From: Gnetum montanum
Taxonomy: Eukaryota; Plantae; Gnetophyta
Direction: 5' to 3'
Length of the DNA: 64,000 nucleotides
Assembly: GCA_015680685.1 (NCBI GenBank)
Contig: MNCI01001727.1
Coordinates: 51,592 to 115,591 of the forward strand
This document shows positions 1 to 12,465 of this stretch, one piece after another (position 1 is the stretch's first letter; each line of letters starts with the position of its first letter). A model generated the notes under the pieces. It was given only the letters and a program-made list of their open reading frames with translations, was not told where the DNA came from and made no database searches. The position numbers and the translations under genes were made by a program.

Positions 1-2000
1 TAAGGGTACTGATGTTTCGGCGATGGCATCCCCCATGACTGTGGGTATTGCCACTGCTGATGTTTTCCGATGGGCTATGGTGGAGTTCCACTTGGATAAT
101 ACGTTAATGATTGGTGGAACTGCCTTGGGTTACCTTGTGGATAAGGTAACCTTCGGGGTGTTTGCCATTGATTAAGTCTCGGATTAAGCGCATACACCCC
201 AGACTCCTATAGATGTGAGATGATGGGGCAACATCCCTTAGGATGGCCATAGTAGCAGATCTCACATCCACCATCATCATCTGTGTCTGAATCCACAACC
301 ACATCAGAGTTAGTGATTTTCCCCTTACCCTTGTTATGTGCAGGGCTTAAATCTCTCCACTTTTTCTTACCTTTGTCACTACTTTGTTCAACCTTAGACT
401 CTTCTACAATTTTTAAGATAGTTTCAATTGTAGAGTCTAAGGAACTCCATACGTTATCTACCTTAGCCACTATTTCTATTGTTAATTTCTAGATCGGCAA
501 GGTTTTCTAGTTCATCAACTCTTCAAGTGGTGACTCATCCTCCTCATCATAGAATTTCACTCCCTTCTTTAGAAGAGAGGGATCACAGTTGTACTCTTCT
601 ACACTTTCCCTTTTTTGTAGCTCACCTTCTTCTTTTACTACTTGTTTCAACAAACTATGAACTTCATGGGCTCTAAGTTGTGAGAGTCTCCCTTGGGCGT
701 AAGTCCCAAGGGTTCTTCTAGTTTCATGCCTTAGCCCATCCACGATGTGGCGAAGTTGATCCCGCTGAGCGTATCCATGGCCTGTGCAATGATGTAACAA
801 TGTGTAGTAGCGGGCCATGGCAGCATCCAAGGGTTCATGTGTACCTTACTTCTAGCCTTGGATCTGCTTGTGCAAATTGAACACTCTGGAGTATGTTTGA
901 TACTTTTCATTGAACAGTTCTAGCATCGTACTCCACCTCTTGATGGTTTTCGGTTCTAAGGACCAGTACTAGCTCTCTACTCCTTTGATGAGTGTCCTTG
1001 CGAACAACTTAAGCTTCTACCACTCATTGTCTATATTCAGCAAGGCGTAGGCATCATGGAATGCCTGTAAATGATTTTGCGGATCTGCATTGTATCCCCC
1101 TTCAAATCGTGGGATGTTGTTCATGTCTAATTGTTTGATCTGATTATCTTTTAGATGTCTTGTGGGAATCCTAACTGCCTCCGTTATGTCAAGCATACTT
1201 TAGGTTGTGAGTAGGGGTTCATCATAATCATCTCTTTCATGACACCTGTGATGTCTGTGTTGTTCCCTACTCTCCTTACGTTCATGCCCTTGTCCTCTCT
1301 CTCAACTTTCTCGTCGAGGTCTTTCGTCCTTCTTACCTTTATCCTCTCTATTGTGCTCTTCATGATTTCACTCTGATGTGGAAGGAGAGGGTGAATGATG
1401 TGAAGAAAGGGAAGAAGAAGGGGAACCATCGCCATGACGATGTTTCTTGCCTTCTCTTCGGCTGCTTCGGCCCCAATCGTGGTGACAATCAAAGTGCCCA
1501 TCCTTAGCGTGAGTGGTTGTTCCCTCTGTGAACAGTTGGTGTTCACAGGCATCAGAACCATGGTTATGTATCGTTGATCGTAGGTTCTGATACCCAGCCT
1601 CCTCACCATCGTTTGGAGGGGGAACATCATTTGCTAAAGAACCTGTGATAAGGGGTTCCTCATCTCCTATTTCGCTAAAGACATGTAGACCTTTGTTCTT
1701 CAGAAAAGTATGTTGACTCTCCTATCATAAGTCCCTCATATGTTGGGCATCTGTGGGATAATAATCTCTCATGTCAAAATCTTCCGCAATGTATTTAGCA
1801 TATAATTCAGTTATGCCTATCTATGCCAAGGCACGGAAAAGCAAGCGAGAGATTGATCGATCTGGGGGTAACACAATGTTACCTTGGAAATCTCTCCATC
1901 GTAGCTATTCGTCTTTATGGAGGATAAAAGTGAAGTCTGGAATATACTCATAGGGATGAGTATAGACTATTTTATACTATTTAGGACTTGGCTGATTTCG
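1..2000 (-). pseudogene. gag: Disrupted gag of element A (retrotransposon gag domain, with an Arg/His/Ser-rich and a Pro-rich region)
   Basis: ORF fragments 507-830 (MDAAMARYYTLLHHC...DGLRHETR) and 207-470, with IPRFEGG and LKLFARTL motifs. Premature stops. Start position approximate. Confidence 0.85.
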
Positions 2001-2193
2001 GCTCTGTGTTTTATGTTGCTGACTGTCTCGTGTATGATCCTTAGGTGGTGAGTTGCTCTTATGAGAAGAAGGCACTATTATCGGTGTGCTAATTTACCAT
2101 TATAAATTTTCTCTTGATTAACCCGAAGGTTCGTTTAGGCTCACAACGATGTGAGTGATATCCCTTATGTTCTAATTGGCGTACAAACACTTA

Positions 2194-2213
2194 GTCCCTG
2201 GCAACAGTGCCAA
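2194..2213 (-). promoter_or_regulatory. Primer-binding site of element A (Athila-type, tRNA-Asp-like)
   Basis: Minus strand reads TTGGCACTGTTGCCAGGGAC next to the LTR, resembling the Athila consensus TGGCGCCGTTGCCGGGGA. Confidence 0.8.
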
Positions 2214-3159
2214 TGATGAGTGGCGAGGTACCCCTACACTCAACCATATGAAATGAGCATAGCATGCGCAATCCAGTCAAACTCCACAAACTAAATGCCT
2301 ACACGCCCCATGGAACACTTGGGGTTAATCATTCGTTGTCTTCCCAAACTTACTTGTAGTTTTCACAGTGTATGGTTAAGTAAGTCCGAGGTATATGATT
2401 TTTATAGCTTTTTTATTCTTCTCCTATGCTATTGAGGTGAAGGGTTGAGAAACTAGCTAACTCTAACTAAGGACTAAGTCTAAATTAACTAGCATCAGCA
2501 TCCATTCCCACTTACCGTACATACCCTGAACTATGCAACTGTGGCTACCAAACGCTAATCGTTATTGGGATCACCACACATAACGCACATGCTCAAAGTG
2601 GTCATAATGAGGTACTTAACTAGCCTAAGCGTGATGAGCAGCTGATTCCTTGACTAGCCATACACATCCGTAGATGCTCGTAATCAAGTCGTACTCATCC
2701 CGCGTTCTAGAGTTGAGGGTGAGAGAGACTAATCACGATGAGTAGCTGATTCCTTGATTAGCCGTACACATTCGTCAATGCTTGTAATCAAGTCATACTC
2801 ATGTTGTGCTATTGTAGGTAATAAATAACAGGTAAGAAATAACATGTAATAAACCTATTCTATGCACTACAAGGTTTATCCAAAAAACTTGTCTTTATTG
2901 CCGTACACAACTTGCATTCAAGTACAAAGCTACTCGAATAAAGATCCGTTCACTTGGGGACTCCTATTGCGGGCACATGGAAAATATTCTATCTCTGGAG
3001 TGATTAATCTACCAGAGTTTCCCTACTTTTAGCCTATGATTCCAAATAAGGGGAGTGTCGCCTCTTATTTATAGATTTGGCGGCGAACCGCGATATCGCG
3101 TATGCGATATCGTAGGGGACGACGCGATATCGCGGTGCATGCGATATCGCATCTCATCA
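2214..3159 (-). repeat. 5' LTR of element A
   Basis: TGATGAG...CTCATCA inverted termini; homologous to 34319-35279 and 43068-44046; minus-strand TATA (CTATAAATAA) near 3065-3074. Confidence 0.92.
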
Positions 3160-3429
3160 GCGTACCAAGCAATAATACTACTGGGATTACCAAGAGAATA
3201 TGTGTTACACTCGAAGCAGTTGTACTTATGTGTTTAATCTATCTTGCTTAATTTTTTCATTAACTTAATTACTAGAAAATGTTTAATAAATAATTAAAAA
3301 CATTAAATGCATAAATAAAATATTTAATCTATCCAGAATGCTACAAGGTTTATGAAGAAGTTCATCTTTATTACCACATAAACTATCATGCTCAGGTACA
3401 ACAATGCTTGAATAAAGATTCATACACTC
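3160..3429 (-). repeat. LTR J, left piece (older Athila-like LTR that hosts A and B)
   Basis: GCTACAAGGTTTATGAAGAAGTTCATCTTTATT...GCTTGAATAAAGATTCATAC matches the reverse complement of the F LTR. Continues at 23808. Confidence 0.75.
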
Positions 3430-4929
3430 TGAAACACCATAAAAAATTGCGAGGTGTCAGCAAACCCAAAGAAGATTCTGCAAATTGGGTAGAGATTTGC
3501 GGCAAAATGCAAGCGCAGCAGGTCCCTTTTAGCTAAGGGTCAATTACGCCACGCAAGGAAAAATCTGGGAAAAAAAAATGAGACAGAGGGATACATGATA
3601 TCGAAGCCTTTGAATTTTTCAAAACTTTATGCTTTTGTTCATTACGTTGTCTTACGCAACATTGCGTAATATCGCTCAGCGTAATTTTTCTTGGCGAAGC
3701 GTAACGACACAAGGCAGTCTACCACGGCAATAGAGTCGGCAAGAATTCAAGACTTCAACAGGTGCAGCAAAAAATTTAAGGCCTAAGCAATGTTCTGCAG
3801 CATGCCACGCATGTCAGGAAATATCTTGGTCAAAGTTTTTATTATGCTACATTACACAATGTAGCGTAATAATCGAAGCTAGAAGAAATGCAATAATGGT
3901 ATCTCTACCTTGCGTAAGACTGCTGCNCAGAAGAAATGCAATAATGGTATCTCTACCTTGCGTAAGACTGCTGCGTTACACTTTATTATGCTACATAGCG
4001 TAAATAAGCGTAATGCAACATAAATTTAGTAGACGCCTTGTAGTACAAGCATCCACAATTCATACGCAACAATACACTCTCTAGCGTATTGTAGCATAAT
4101 CAGAAGGCATCCCGGCAAAAGTGGTTTACGACGCATTACGCTCTAAAGCATCGTGCAACATGGCATCGTGAGCTTAAATGACATAAGCATTTCAAGTCAA
4201 TGTCATCTTATAAGTTTAGGACACGTGTTACATAAACCGTGTTTTTCTCCGGAGCCTAAACTTATAAATACTCCAGTCGTTAAAAAATCAGCAGAAGGGA
4301 AATTTTAGGGGACAACAGCAATTGTCAGCAACTCCTTAGCGAAGATTGGAAAAGAGCAGAAAAGCATATCAGTGACTGTGAGAGCATTGGTTATGATCAG
4401 CCAAACTTTTCTATCCAAGGGCAACCATTTGACAGACATTCTGCTCCAGGTTTTGACCTTCCTTGCACCCAGATTTGGCCAGAACAAGGTAGATCGACCC
4501 TCATATGTTTCACCTTTGTATAGCTTTCTTGCTATTTGTGCATGCTTCGTCTAAAATGAAGACCTTTTCTAAGTCATTGCACATCATACATTTTCATTTG
4601 AAAAATTAAATCTCGGATCTCGGGGTTGCATACTTCTTCGAAATCCAATCTATTTTGTTTCACTAATACGTATTTTACGAGTATTTTTTACATCATTTTC
4701 AATTCCTTAGATGATTAACAATATTATATCGCTTCGTAAAAATTCACCATCTGCTACCTATAGATCTAAAAGTTTTACTGATTAAGTAAGTTTCTATCTG
4801 ATCTACAAGACCATTCAGGGCACCTCAGATTCATTTTCTCCAGCACGGCCCTTGCACGGATCTGGGGTTGGAACTATGTATGCGGATTTTCGCTCGGTAT
4901 TTCCAGCGACCGACGTTTCCGTTGTTACA
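3430..4929 (+). repeat. 5' LTR of element B
   Basis: TGAAACACC...GTTACA; direct repeat of 22349-23802; TATA (CTTATAAATA) at 4261. Confidence 0.93.
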
Positions 4930-4934
4930 GTTTT

Positions 4935-4960
4935 TGGCACTAGAAGGAGGGCTTGAACCT
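4935..4960 (+). promoter_or_regulatory. PBS of element B, complementary to the plant tRNA-Asn 3' end (26 nt)
   Basis: TGGCACTAGAAGGAGGGCTTGAACCT, whose reverse complement AGGTTCAAGCCCTCCTTCTAGTGCCA resembles the T-arm, acceptor stem and CCA of plant tRNA-Asn (tRNA sequence recalled, not searched). Confidence 0.8.
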
Positions 4961-5443
4961 TTGATCCACATTTTTTGGGTAGTCTTGTAAGGTGTCTGTA
5001 CCCTTTACCAATCGGCATAAACATAACACCTCCGCGGTTGTTTGCGAGATTGTGTGATGCAGATCTATCGTTTCGATGATCCTTTTGGGATCCTATAAGA
5101 CAGAAAGCCTGATTGTCATCCCAGTTTACCTTTTCCTTTCCAATCTTTTCCCTTGTCATCATTACTTCCAAAAAGCGCATAAATGGCTGCATCAACCACT
5201 GTCGTTGACACCGCTAACTTTGAAATCACCAATTTCAAAAATCTGATGACCCTGTAATCCACCCCCCATTTTGTCAAACTGCCGATCATCCTAGTAAGAC
5301 CACGCTGCTCCCTCAAGATTCAAAATAAGGAACCTAAGGGACAGGCTCAGCGCAAAGAAAGTTATAACTTTCTCTATGCTAAAATATTAACAAATTTGCG
5401 CACGTATCTCTAAGGACTGGAAGAAAAACGAGAATATGAGCTG

Positions 5444-8400
5444 ATGTACTACAATGGGAAGGAATTCGTTCCTTTGCCAAATGCTAAGATCCCTTTGATG
5501 CATCACCAAAAATGGATGTTAGATTAAATGATAATGGCTAAGACATCCACAGAACAATGAGAGAAATTGTTCCGTGAGGAAGTGCTTAACGATGGGCAAG
5601 ACGATCTGGAGTCACGCTTCGAAGGAGGTGATCACGATGATTTAGTCGTGATCCCTCCTTCCACATCATCTCATGTAAATCCATTATTTAGGGTTACCTC
5701 GTCTTTGACATTCTCAAACACCGATCAGGTTCCACATTCATCTTGATCCCATTTTCTCTCCTCAATTAATATTCCACATACCACTTCCCATCAAGCCATC
5801 TCTCAATAGGTGCACTTAACCAATCCATCCCATTGTGTGTCCACGCCTATGTCCCCACATGTACATATGACGCCTGCTTCACAGTCGTCCACAGTGCCCA
5901 TATTCCCACGAACTCACACAATGGGATCTACCACCACAACGGCGTGGACACAAAATGTCTCACTCACTGCACATCCTACGTAGATTTCTGACAATCCATT
6001 TCGTCAAAGTCAAATACCGCAAACGCAAAACCCCACCGCAGGGTCATCACTTTTCCCTCCAATTACACAAATGTCATATCCTATGATGCACTCAACGACG
6101 GTCATCCCATCTACATAGCCTACTAGGTGGTGGGTTCCACAGGTAGTCCTGCCCATGGGGACAATCCCCATTGTACACCTGATCGGCCAATCTGTTGTCT
6201 CTACCCTGCCTCCTAGTGTAGCTCCACCTGCTCTACCTTCTATCCTTCCATAAATGGCCTCGTCGTCTATAGTTCTAGATAAAGCTTTCTTATGTATTCA
6301 GACCCTCACTGAGGAGGTCAAACGTCTCAAGGCTATTGGTTCCGATACAGTGCAAGTCATGGATTTCTACCATGATGATCCTATTAGTCTAGTAGTCCCT
6401 ATGCTATCACTGCCTCCTGGGATGTCCCTTCCTCATTTCACTAAATACAATGGGGAAGGTGATCCTAATGCTCACCTTGTGAATTTTAGGTCAGAATCCT
6501 TGCTGCTACAACAATGGCCGCATATGGTAATCTGTGTCTTTGCTATGTCCTTAATGGGTAAAGCCTTGGAATGGTATCGGGCACTTCCATGTTCCTGCAT
6601 TCAAACTTTGGAAGAGCTGTTGACCCAATTTGTGACACGTTTCAAATACAACGTGAGACCTAAGTTCACATTGGATCAACTCATGGGAGTTAAACAAGAT
6701 CCGCTTGAGCTGCTCCAAAAGTTTGTACAATGTTGGAGCGCCACCTTGAACGAAATTCGTGAACCTATCGCGGAAGCTCATCTGCTAGCCATCTTCAAGG
6801 GAGGAGTTAACAACTTCATCAAGTCAAATTTGTACTACCTCGTTCCTCACTCCCTAAGCCAAGCCTTTGCTCAAACTAAGAGCATCCAGGACACGGCTGA
6901 GACTAGCAAAGACTCGACGTATGTGGCCTACAAGAATGCCAACAGCAAGGGTAAGGACAAAGGCAAGGCTACAACAACGACGGTACTCGCTTTAGCCGAG
7001 GGTGCCAAGAAGAAGAACAACAATAAAAAGATACTCGGAGCACACGCTGAGACCATGACTAGCACAAACAGCGCTGGCTAGGAAACACCTGCCTCTGAAA
7101 CACCCTCGCAGCCAAAGCTGAACTTTGAATGTAAAGATCATTCAAAGTATACAGCCCTGCCTGTAAAGCCTTTAGAACTTCTGAAGCAACTACTGGGAGT
7201 TGGCCATATTCAGAACAAGAAGGTATCTGATGAAGCCCTGAAGCATCACAGACGTCACTGTGAACTATTGAAGAACCCTTCCTTGGCTTTGCCTAATGAA
7301 CCACTAATTCCTAAGTATTTTAGGTTGGATCGTTTCTGTGACTACCACCAGTTGTGTGGTCATGACACAGAGTACTGCTGGGTGTTGAAAGATGACATTC
7401 AATGCATGATCGAAAATGGTGATCTTATATTAGACAGTAGTAGTCCAGCACGACCAGAAAACCAAGAATTGCAGGTGTACAAAGACCCGTTGAATGCAAA
7501 CAACGCAAAGTACACCATCAATGTGGTGAGTACGGACGGGGATGGCAAGGCACAACCTAAACAACCCTTTATGTTGTGTGTGCCTACTCATGCACACTAG
7601 GTGGCAGGTCCTTCTGTACCAACCAGTAGTGCTTCGAAGAAACCTTTTGTTCTTCAAGTGCCCTCGTAAATCGTCACTCGATCACAAGCTACCAGAAAAG
7701 TTGCGGCCATGCCCACGCCCATTCCTAAAACACCCTTTGTCCTTAGGATCCCCCAACCACCAACTGCTTCTTTTGTATAGGGGCAAACCTCTAAATTGAG
7801 ACATCAACTGCTATCTGAACTTCCTACTTCTGTACGTTTGCCCACGTCTTCCAAACAAGACAAGGTTACAAAAGTTGAATCATCTTCTCCCAGGAAAAAG
7901 AAATATAGCCCTCTGACTGACGTCACTCCACCCTGAGAAATTTGTCTCTTAGGATGGATGGAATAGGAAAAGGGCAATAGACTACCAGATCATAGCCAAG
8001 ACCTTCTCGATGTCTTTACGCAAGTCAAATAGGCTTTGAAACAAAAAAACACAACGTTAAGCCTCTATGACTTGCTTATGATGTCCCATAAACATCGCGA
8101 AGCCATGGTTTGTATGCTAACGTCCATACCCATGGACGAAAGCTTACCAACGGAGGAGGAAGTAATTCATTCTATCATGCTACCCCCTACCGTTGAAGAA
8201 CCTAAGCCCATTCCGTTGACATTTCGTGATGAATCCATCAAGGATGACCTTGAAAAGGGTCAGGTGACAACAGAGCTCATGTTCATCACCATCCGTGTCG
8301 ACCAACACCGAATCCGGAGGGTGCATGTAGACGATGGTGTAGCTACTAATGTCATCCCTTACCCTATAGTGCATAAGCTAGGTCTGGTCGATCAAATCAA

Positions 8401-8591
8401 TCCTACAACGACATCATGTCTAAAATCATTCAACGAGGCACGAGTGTAAGTTAAAGGGACAGTGCACATCAACTTTATGGCTGGGGATAAATTCCCCACG
8501 AATGTAACATTCATTGTCGTCTAAGAAATGCTTGGCTTCAATATGATTCTAGGGAGATCCTGGTTAGCTCAGCTGAGGGCAGTTTCGTCAT
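5444..8591 (+). pseudogene. gag: gag-protease of element B (single frame with in-frame stops), interrupted by solo LTR C
   Basis: Pro/Ser/Thr-rich N-terminus, LPHFTKYNGEGDPNAHL gag motif, CDYHQLCGHDTEYC knuckle, protease VDDGVATN and ILGRSWL. ORFs at 6254, 7268, 8036 and 8528 share one frame. Confidence 0.9.
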
Positions 8592-11500
8592 TGTTGGCGA
8601 TCGTTTGGGACGTGACCACCAATGAGTGTCCTCGAACAGGATTTAGGTGCCTGCTGGTCTCTGGCTACACCAAGGCCCGGATACCTCCAAATAACTCAGT
8701 AGTTAAAGTGAGTATGTGTGTGTGCTGTTGCAGCCTGCGATTGTATGAAATGTGACAATTTTTTTGTGTGTGAACTACAAATGACTTACTTTAAAGAGAT
8801 TCAGCCAACTTTGTCCAGTACTGTGAGTTATTGAAATTTTCCTATTTTGTTCAACTACCTAGTCTACGCGGTCCTTATAATACCTGCTTGTAACAAGTAA
8901 AATTTTGCAAAAACATTTGAGCACAAATCTACAAATCTACTCCTAATTTTCCCCAGAGAAAGAGGTAGTTCCACAAGAAAACTAGAAATAGAGCAAGATT
9001 CAATGGAAATAGACAGAAAAGAAAAGAAAGCAGATTTGTGTGGACCTCAAATATTTAAACAAGGTAAAATGACACGAGTAAACACTTCGCAATAAAGCTA
9101 TTCCAAATTCAATATCTACGAATTGTTCAAACCTCCAAGGCTCAACCAAGCAATATCTTCAAGACAATCCTACTGTGCTACCAAAAATCGCTGCGTAAAC
9201 TACCACGTACGAGACTCCACTTTGACTAGACAATAGATGCCAACGATTGCATTCAAACAGAACCTTTAAAAGACTTGACAATTTCTGATTGAAATAACAC
9301 GGAAAATCACTTTAAAGATAAAGAAGCTATTCTGGTCCCATCAAAATACCAAAGATTTTCTGAACCCTCTCGGCTACTAAATTGTTCCATGGCGTGACTA
9401 CAAACAGAGGCTCTCTTCCAACAACCCAATAGCAGTTCCCAAATGTTGCACAATAACGAAATTTACTAATAAAATGCTCTTAAGGCTTTTATTCACTAGC
9501 GCTTCTATGGCAAAATTTTAATAGAAATTTCTATTGGGCAACAAGAACAATTAGAGCAATCTAAAAGTCCCAAAATTACTCGCCAAGGATGATACTATCG
9601 AAACCACTAGCTAAGAAATTTTTAAAAAAAAAACAAAAAATGAAATGCATAACTCATAGGACCATGACAAAGAGGCTGAAATCTTTATTCTAGCAAGCCA
9701 TCTTTCAAGAAATCTTCTTTACAAATCTTCCAAGTGTGATGTGAGACTTCCCAATCTTCTTCTCCAAGTCTTCCCCCCTTCCAAAAATCCTTTCTCCTCC
9801 TCCTCCTGAAGCCTTTTTATAAGGTTCCAAGGTAGGTAGGGAAGTTACATATTCAAAAATATCTCACCTAACTTCTCTCCCAAGTAACTTGGCCAACCAA
9901 TTAGGAGATTACTTGTCCAACAAGTTAGGTAAGTTACTTGCCCAACAAGTTAGGTAAGTTACAACAATTTTAGATGGTTGCAACCACCAAAGAGGAAAAA
10001 GAAATTGACAAGTGGCCTTGGAAGTTACAATAGTATAGAATTTTTTTTTAAAAAAACAATTCCTAAGATACATAGGAACACAAGCTAATAGTGGCAACTT
10101 ACTTCATACATATATATATGCTTTTAATTTTGCCTCTTCAAGATGAGATGTAAAGTTTTTTTTTAAGTGATGTATATGAAAGTTACAATCTCAAAATATC
10201 ACAAAAAATCTCAAAAATATCCTAGCTAACTTTTCTCCCAAGTAAGGAGGTTACAACCTACTCATTTAATTAGGAAGGAGTTATTTAGGAAGTTATACAT
10301 ATTATTAGTAGAGATTTATGCTTTGTAAGTTATATCTATACTTTTAAATATTATATACATAAACATGGGAATATTACTATTACAAATATTTGTAGTTATA
10401 ATATAACTTATATAACATTTTACCAACAATATTTTTGAAGTCCTGGGACACATTAGAAAAGGTAAGTTTATAACTGGAGCTTTATATTTAGTGTATATGG
10501 TATTGTAAATTTTATTTAATAAACTGCAATCGGCCAGAAATATCTTTGGTCACTTATCTTGCTGTGCCTCTGTGTCTTCATTGCCATATTCATCGGACTG
10601 GTATGCGATGCCGAATCTATCGGCGTTGGACATGGCTGCCATTTTGGAAGGTAAGTTATAGGAGGATGACTTACCACCTAAAATTTGAAAGGAATCTTTC
10701 GGAAGGAAAAGCCCTATATAAGCGATGAAGTAACTGCAAAAAATTTGGAAGTTGCAGGGATAAGTTAGGAACACGCCTGCTTGTTATCCGCTCTCTATTC
10801 ACTGCCCTTTTTCCCTCTATGTTTTTTTATATTTTTGCAGATTCACACAAAAAATGCAGGTTCAAATTTGGGGGTTTCCTGTACACGACCGTCATGACTG
10901 CGTGTTGGCATTGTCGTTGTAGTCCCCATCTCCCTTTGCTTGCCCGCCGTCCATGCCTCTTGTAAGATCTAAACAACCCCCCGTGACCGAGGTCATGGCT
11001 GCCATGCGCAGGACGAAGGCTTCCAATCCGCGTTTGGTTTCTCTCCCACAGTTGTTCTCTCGTACAGCTTTGTTGCAGGTGCTGGTATTGACTCTGCTTC
11101 TCTTGGCTCATCGGCTCACGCACAAACAGGCGCGCGGAGCAACGGCAACGGCCTGTTCGTCTCCCGCAACAATACCCTTGACGGCAATAGCAACGGATGG
11201 TCTTTAGCGTGATTTTCTTCGGCAGCAACAAGGGTTTCAGGGCACAATTCTAGCCATTCTTGATAGTTGTGCCAAAATCAGGAGCTACAAAAGCGCGCGA
11301 CTGACACATTCGTATTTCTGAAATATTTTGCAAAATGACATTCCAATGTTTCCACCAAAATCCATTCGAGCGCCAGCAGTGGATTTTGCTAATGTCTAGA
11401 ATAGCCAAAAATTTTTATATATTTTTATATTTTGCCCCAAAATTACACTCATTACAATCCCATTATGTCATTCAAACTTTGATAGAACCTCATCACAAAG

Positions 11501-11622
11501 TCTTAATAACTAGGCAATTGAATTTTGATATGCCAACAACCTTTTGATAACTCTTATAAGTTATTGAAAATTTACCAAAATCAAACCCATGAGGTTCCAT
11601 AAAATGGCCAAATGTGCCAACA
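8592..11622. mobile_element. Insertion C: ~3.0-kb probable solo LTR inside B's protease
   Basis: TGTTGGC...GCCAACA inverted termini and TSD GTCAT/GTCAC. Removing it restores the protease frame (RAVSS-PIH*EIHLPYAGGEVVIHGD). No gag/pol inside. Confidence 0.85.
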
Positions 11623-11626
11623 GTCA

Positions 11627-11851
11627 CCTATCCACTAGGAGATCCATCTACCTTATGCAGGAGGAGAGGTGGTCATACATGGTGATGAAATAACCCCTAA
11701 GGCTATCAACAATATTGAGACAGAACAAGGCTTAGACGTTGAAACTCTTGAGAATCAACCCTCTATTCACAAACTCAAACAAGTCAAAATAGTGGCGGAT
11801 GACAGCTTAGTCTGGCAGAGCTGTCGTTCTAGGGAGAGGATGGTAGCATAA
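11627..11851 (+). pseudogene. C-terminal end of B gag-protease
   Basis: In frame with the 8528 ORF after removing C; ends at TAA 11851. Confidence 0.8.
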
Positions 11852-12129
11852 ACGAATAAAGTCACACACCCTCTCATCTTTACATGTCCTTAAAAATAAA
11901 AGCAATAGAAAAGCAATTGCATTGTTAGCATCAGACTCAGTTGTCCAGTCGCCATATAGTCCATGTAAACACAATACCCACAAGCTATTTTTACCTATCC
12001 ATCAGTTGTTTTATTTATGTTCTATGAATACCTATAAAGTTCATCTTTTGACTTTACGCTTCCATCAGTTATTTTCATTACGAATTTGTTTTATAGTTAC
12101 GCTTTATTGCTATTTTCGCTATTTACATC

Positions 12130-12465
12130 TTTTACACTTGAAACATCAAGTGGCCCAAAATGGCCTTAAACTAATAATCATGTTCATGACTTTACACTTG
12201 AAACGTCCAATGGCCCGGAATGGCCTTAAACTAACCGATTACGCTTTGCACTTGCATTACTTAGCAGCCCGGAATGACCGTAAACTATCAACTGCATTTA
12301 CGCTTGCGACTTATGCTTGAATCATTCAATGGCCCAGAATGGCCTTAAACTATCAGTTGCAATTACGTTTTATGCTAAAACCATTCAATGGTCCGGAGTG
12401 GCCTTAAACTAACAATCCTATTTTATGCATCACTTAGTGGCCCGCAACGGCTTAAAACTAGAAAC
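12130..12465 (+). repeat. Array of ~6 degenerate repeats with core TGGCCCGGAATGGCCTTAAACTA
   Basis: The core recurs near 12150, 12210, 12265, 12330, 12388 and 12438 with variable spacers. Confidence 0.85.

Larger units (their letters stand above)
1..3159 (-). mobile_element. Element A: Athila-like Ty3/gypsy LTR retrotransposon, 5' portion (continues left of the window)
   Basis: 5' LTR 2214-3159, adjacent PBS and minus-strand gag remnants. Closely similar to element E over the LTR and gag. Confidence 0.9.

Noticed and set aside
2628-2805. Hammerhead ribozyme (retrozyme) suggested by TGATGAG motifs
   Set aside because: No CUGAUGA core with a properly placed GAAA and three stems on either strand.
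3880-3975. ~46-bp tandem duplication in B's 5' LTR
   Set aside because: The copies are separated by an N (3927) and the duplication is absent from the 3' LTR, so it is an unmerged assembly overlap.
4935-4960. tRNA gene on the minus strand
   Set aside because: Only the 3' 26 nt including CCA match, adjacent to an LTR; this is a PBS, not a gene.
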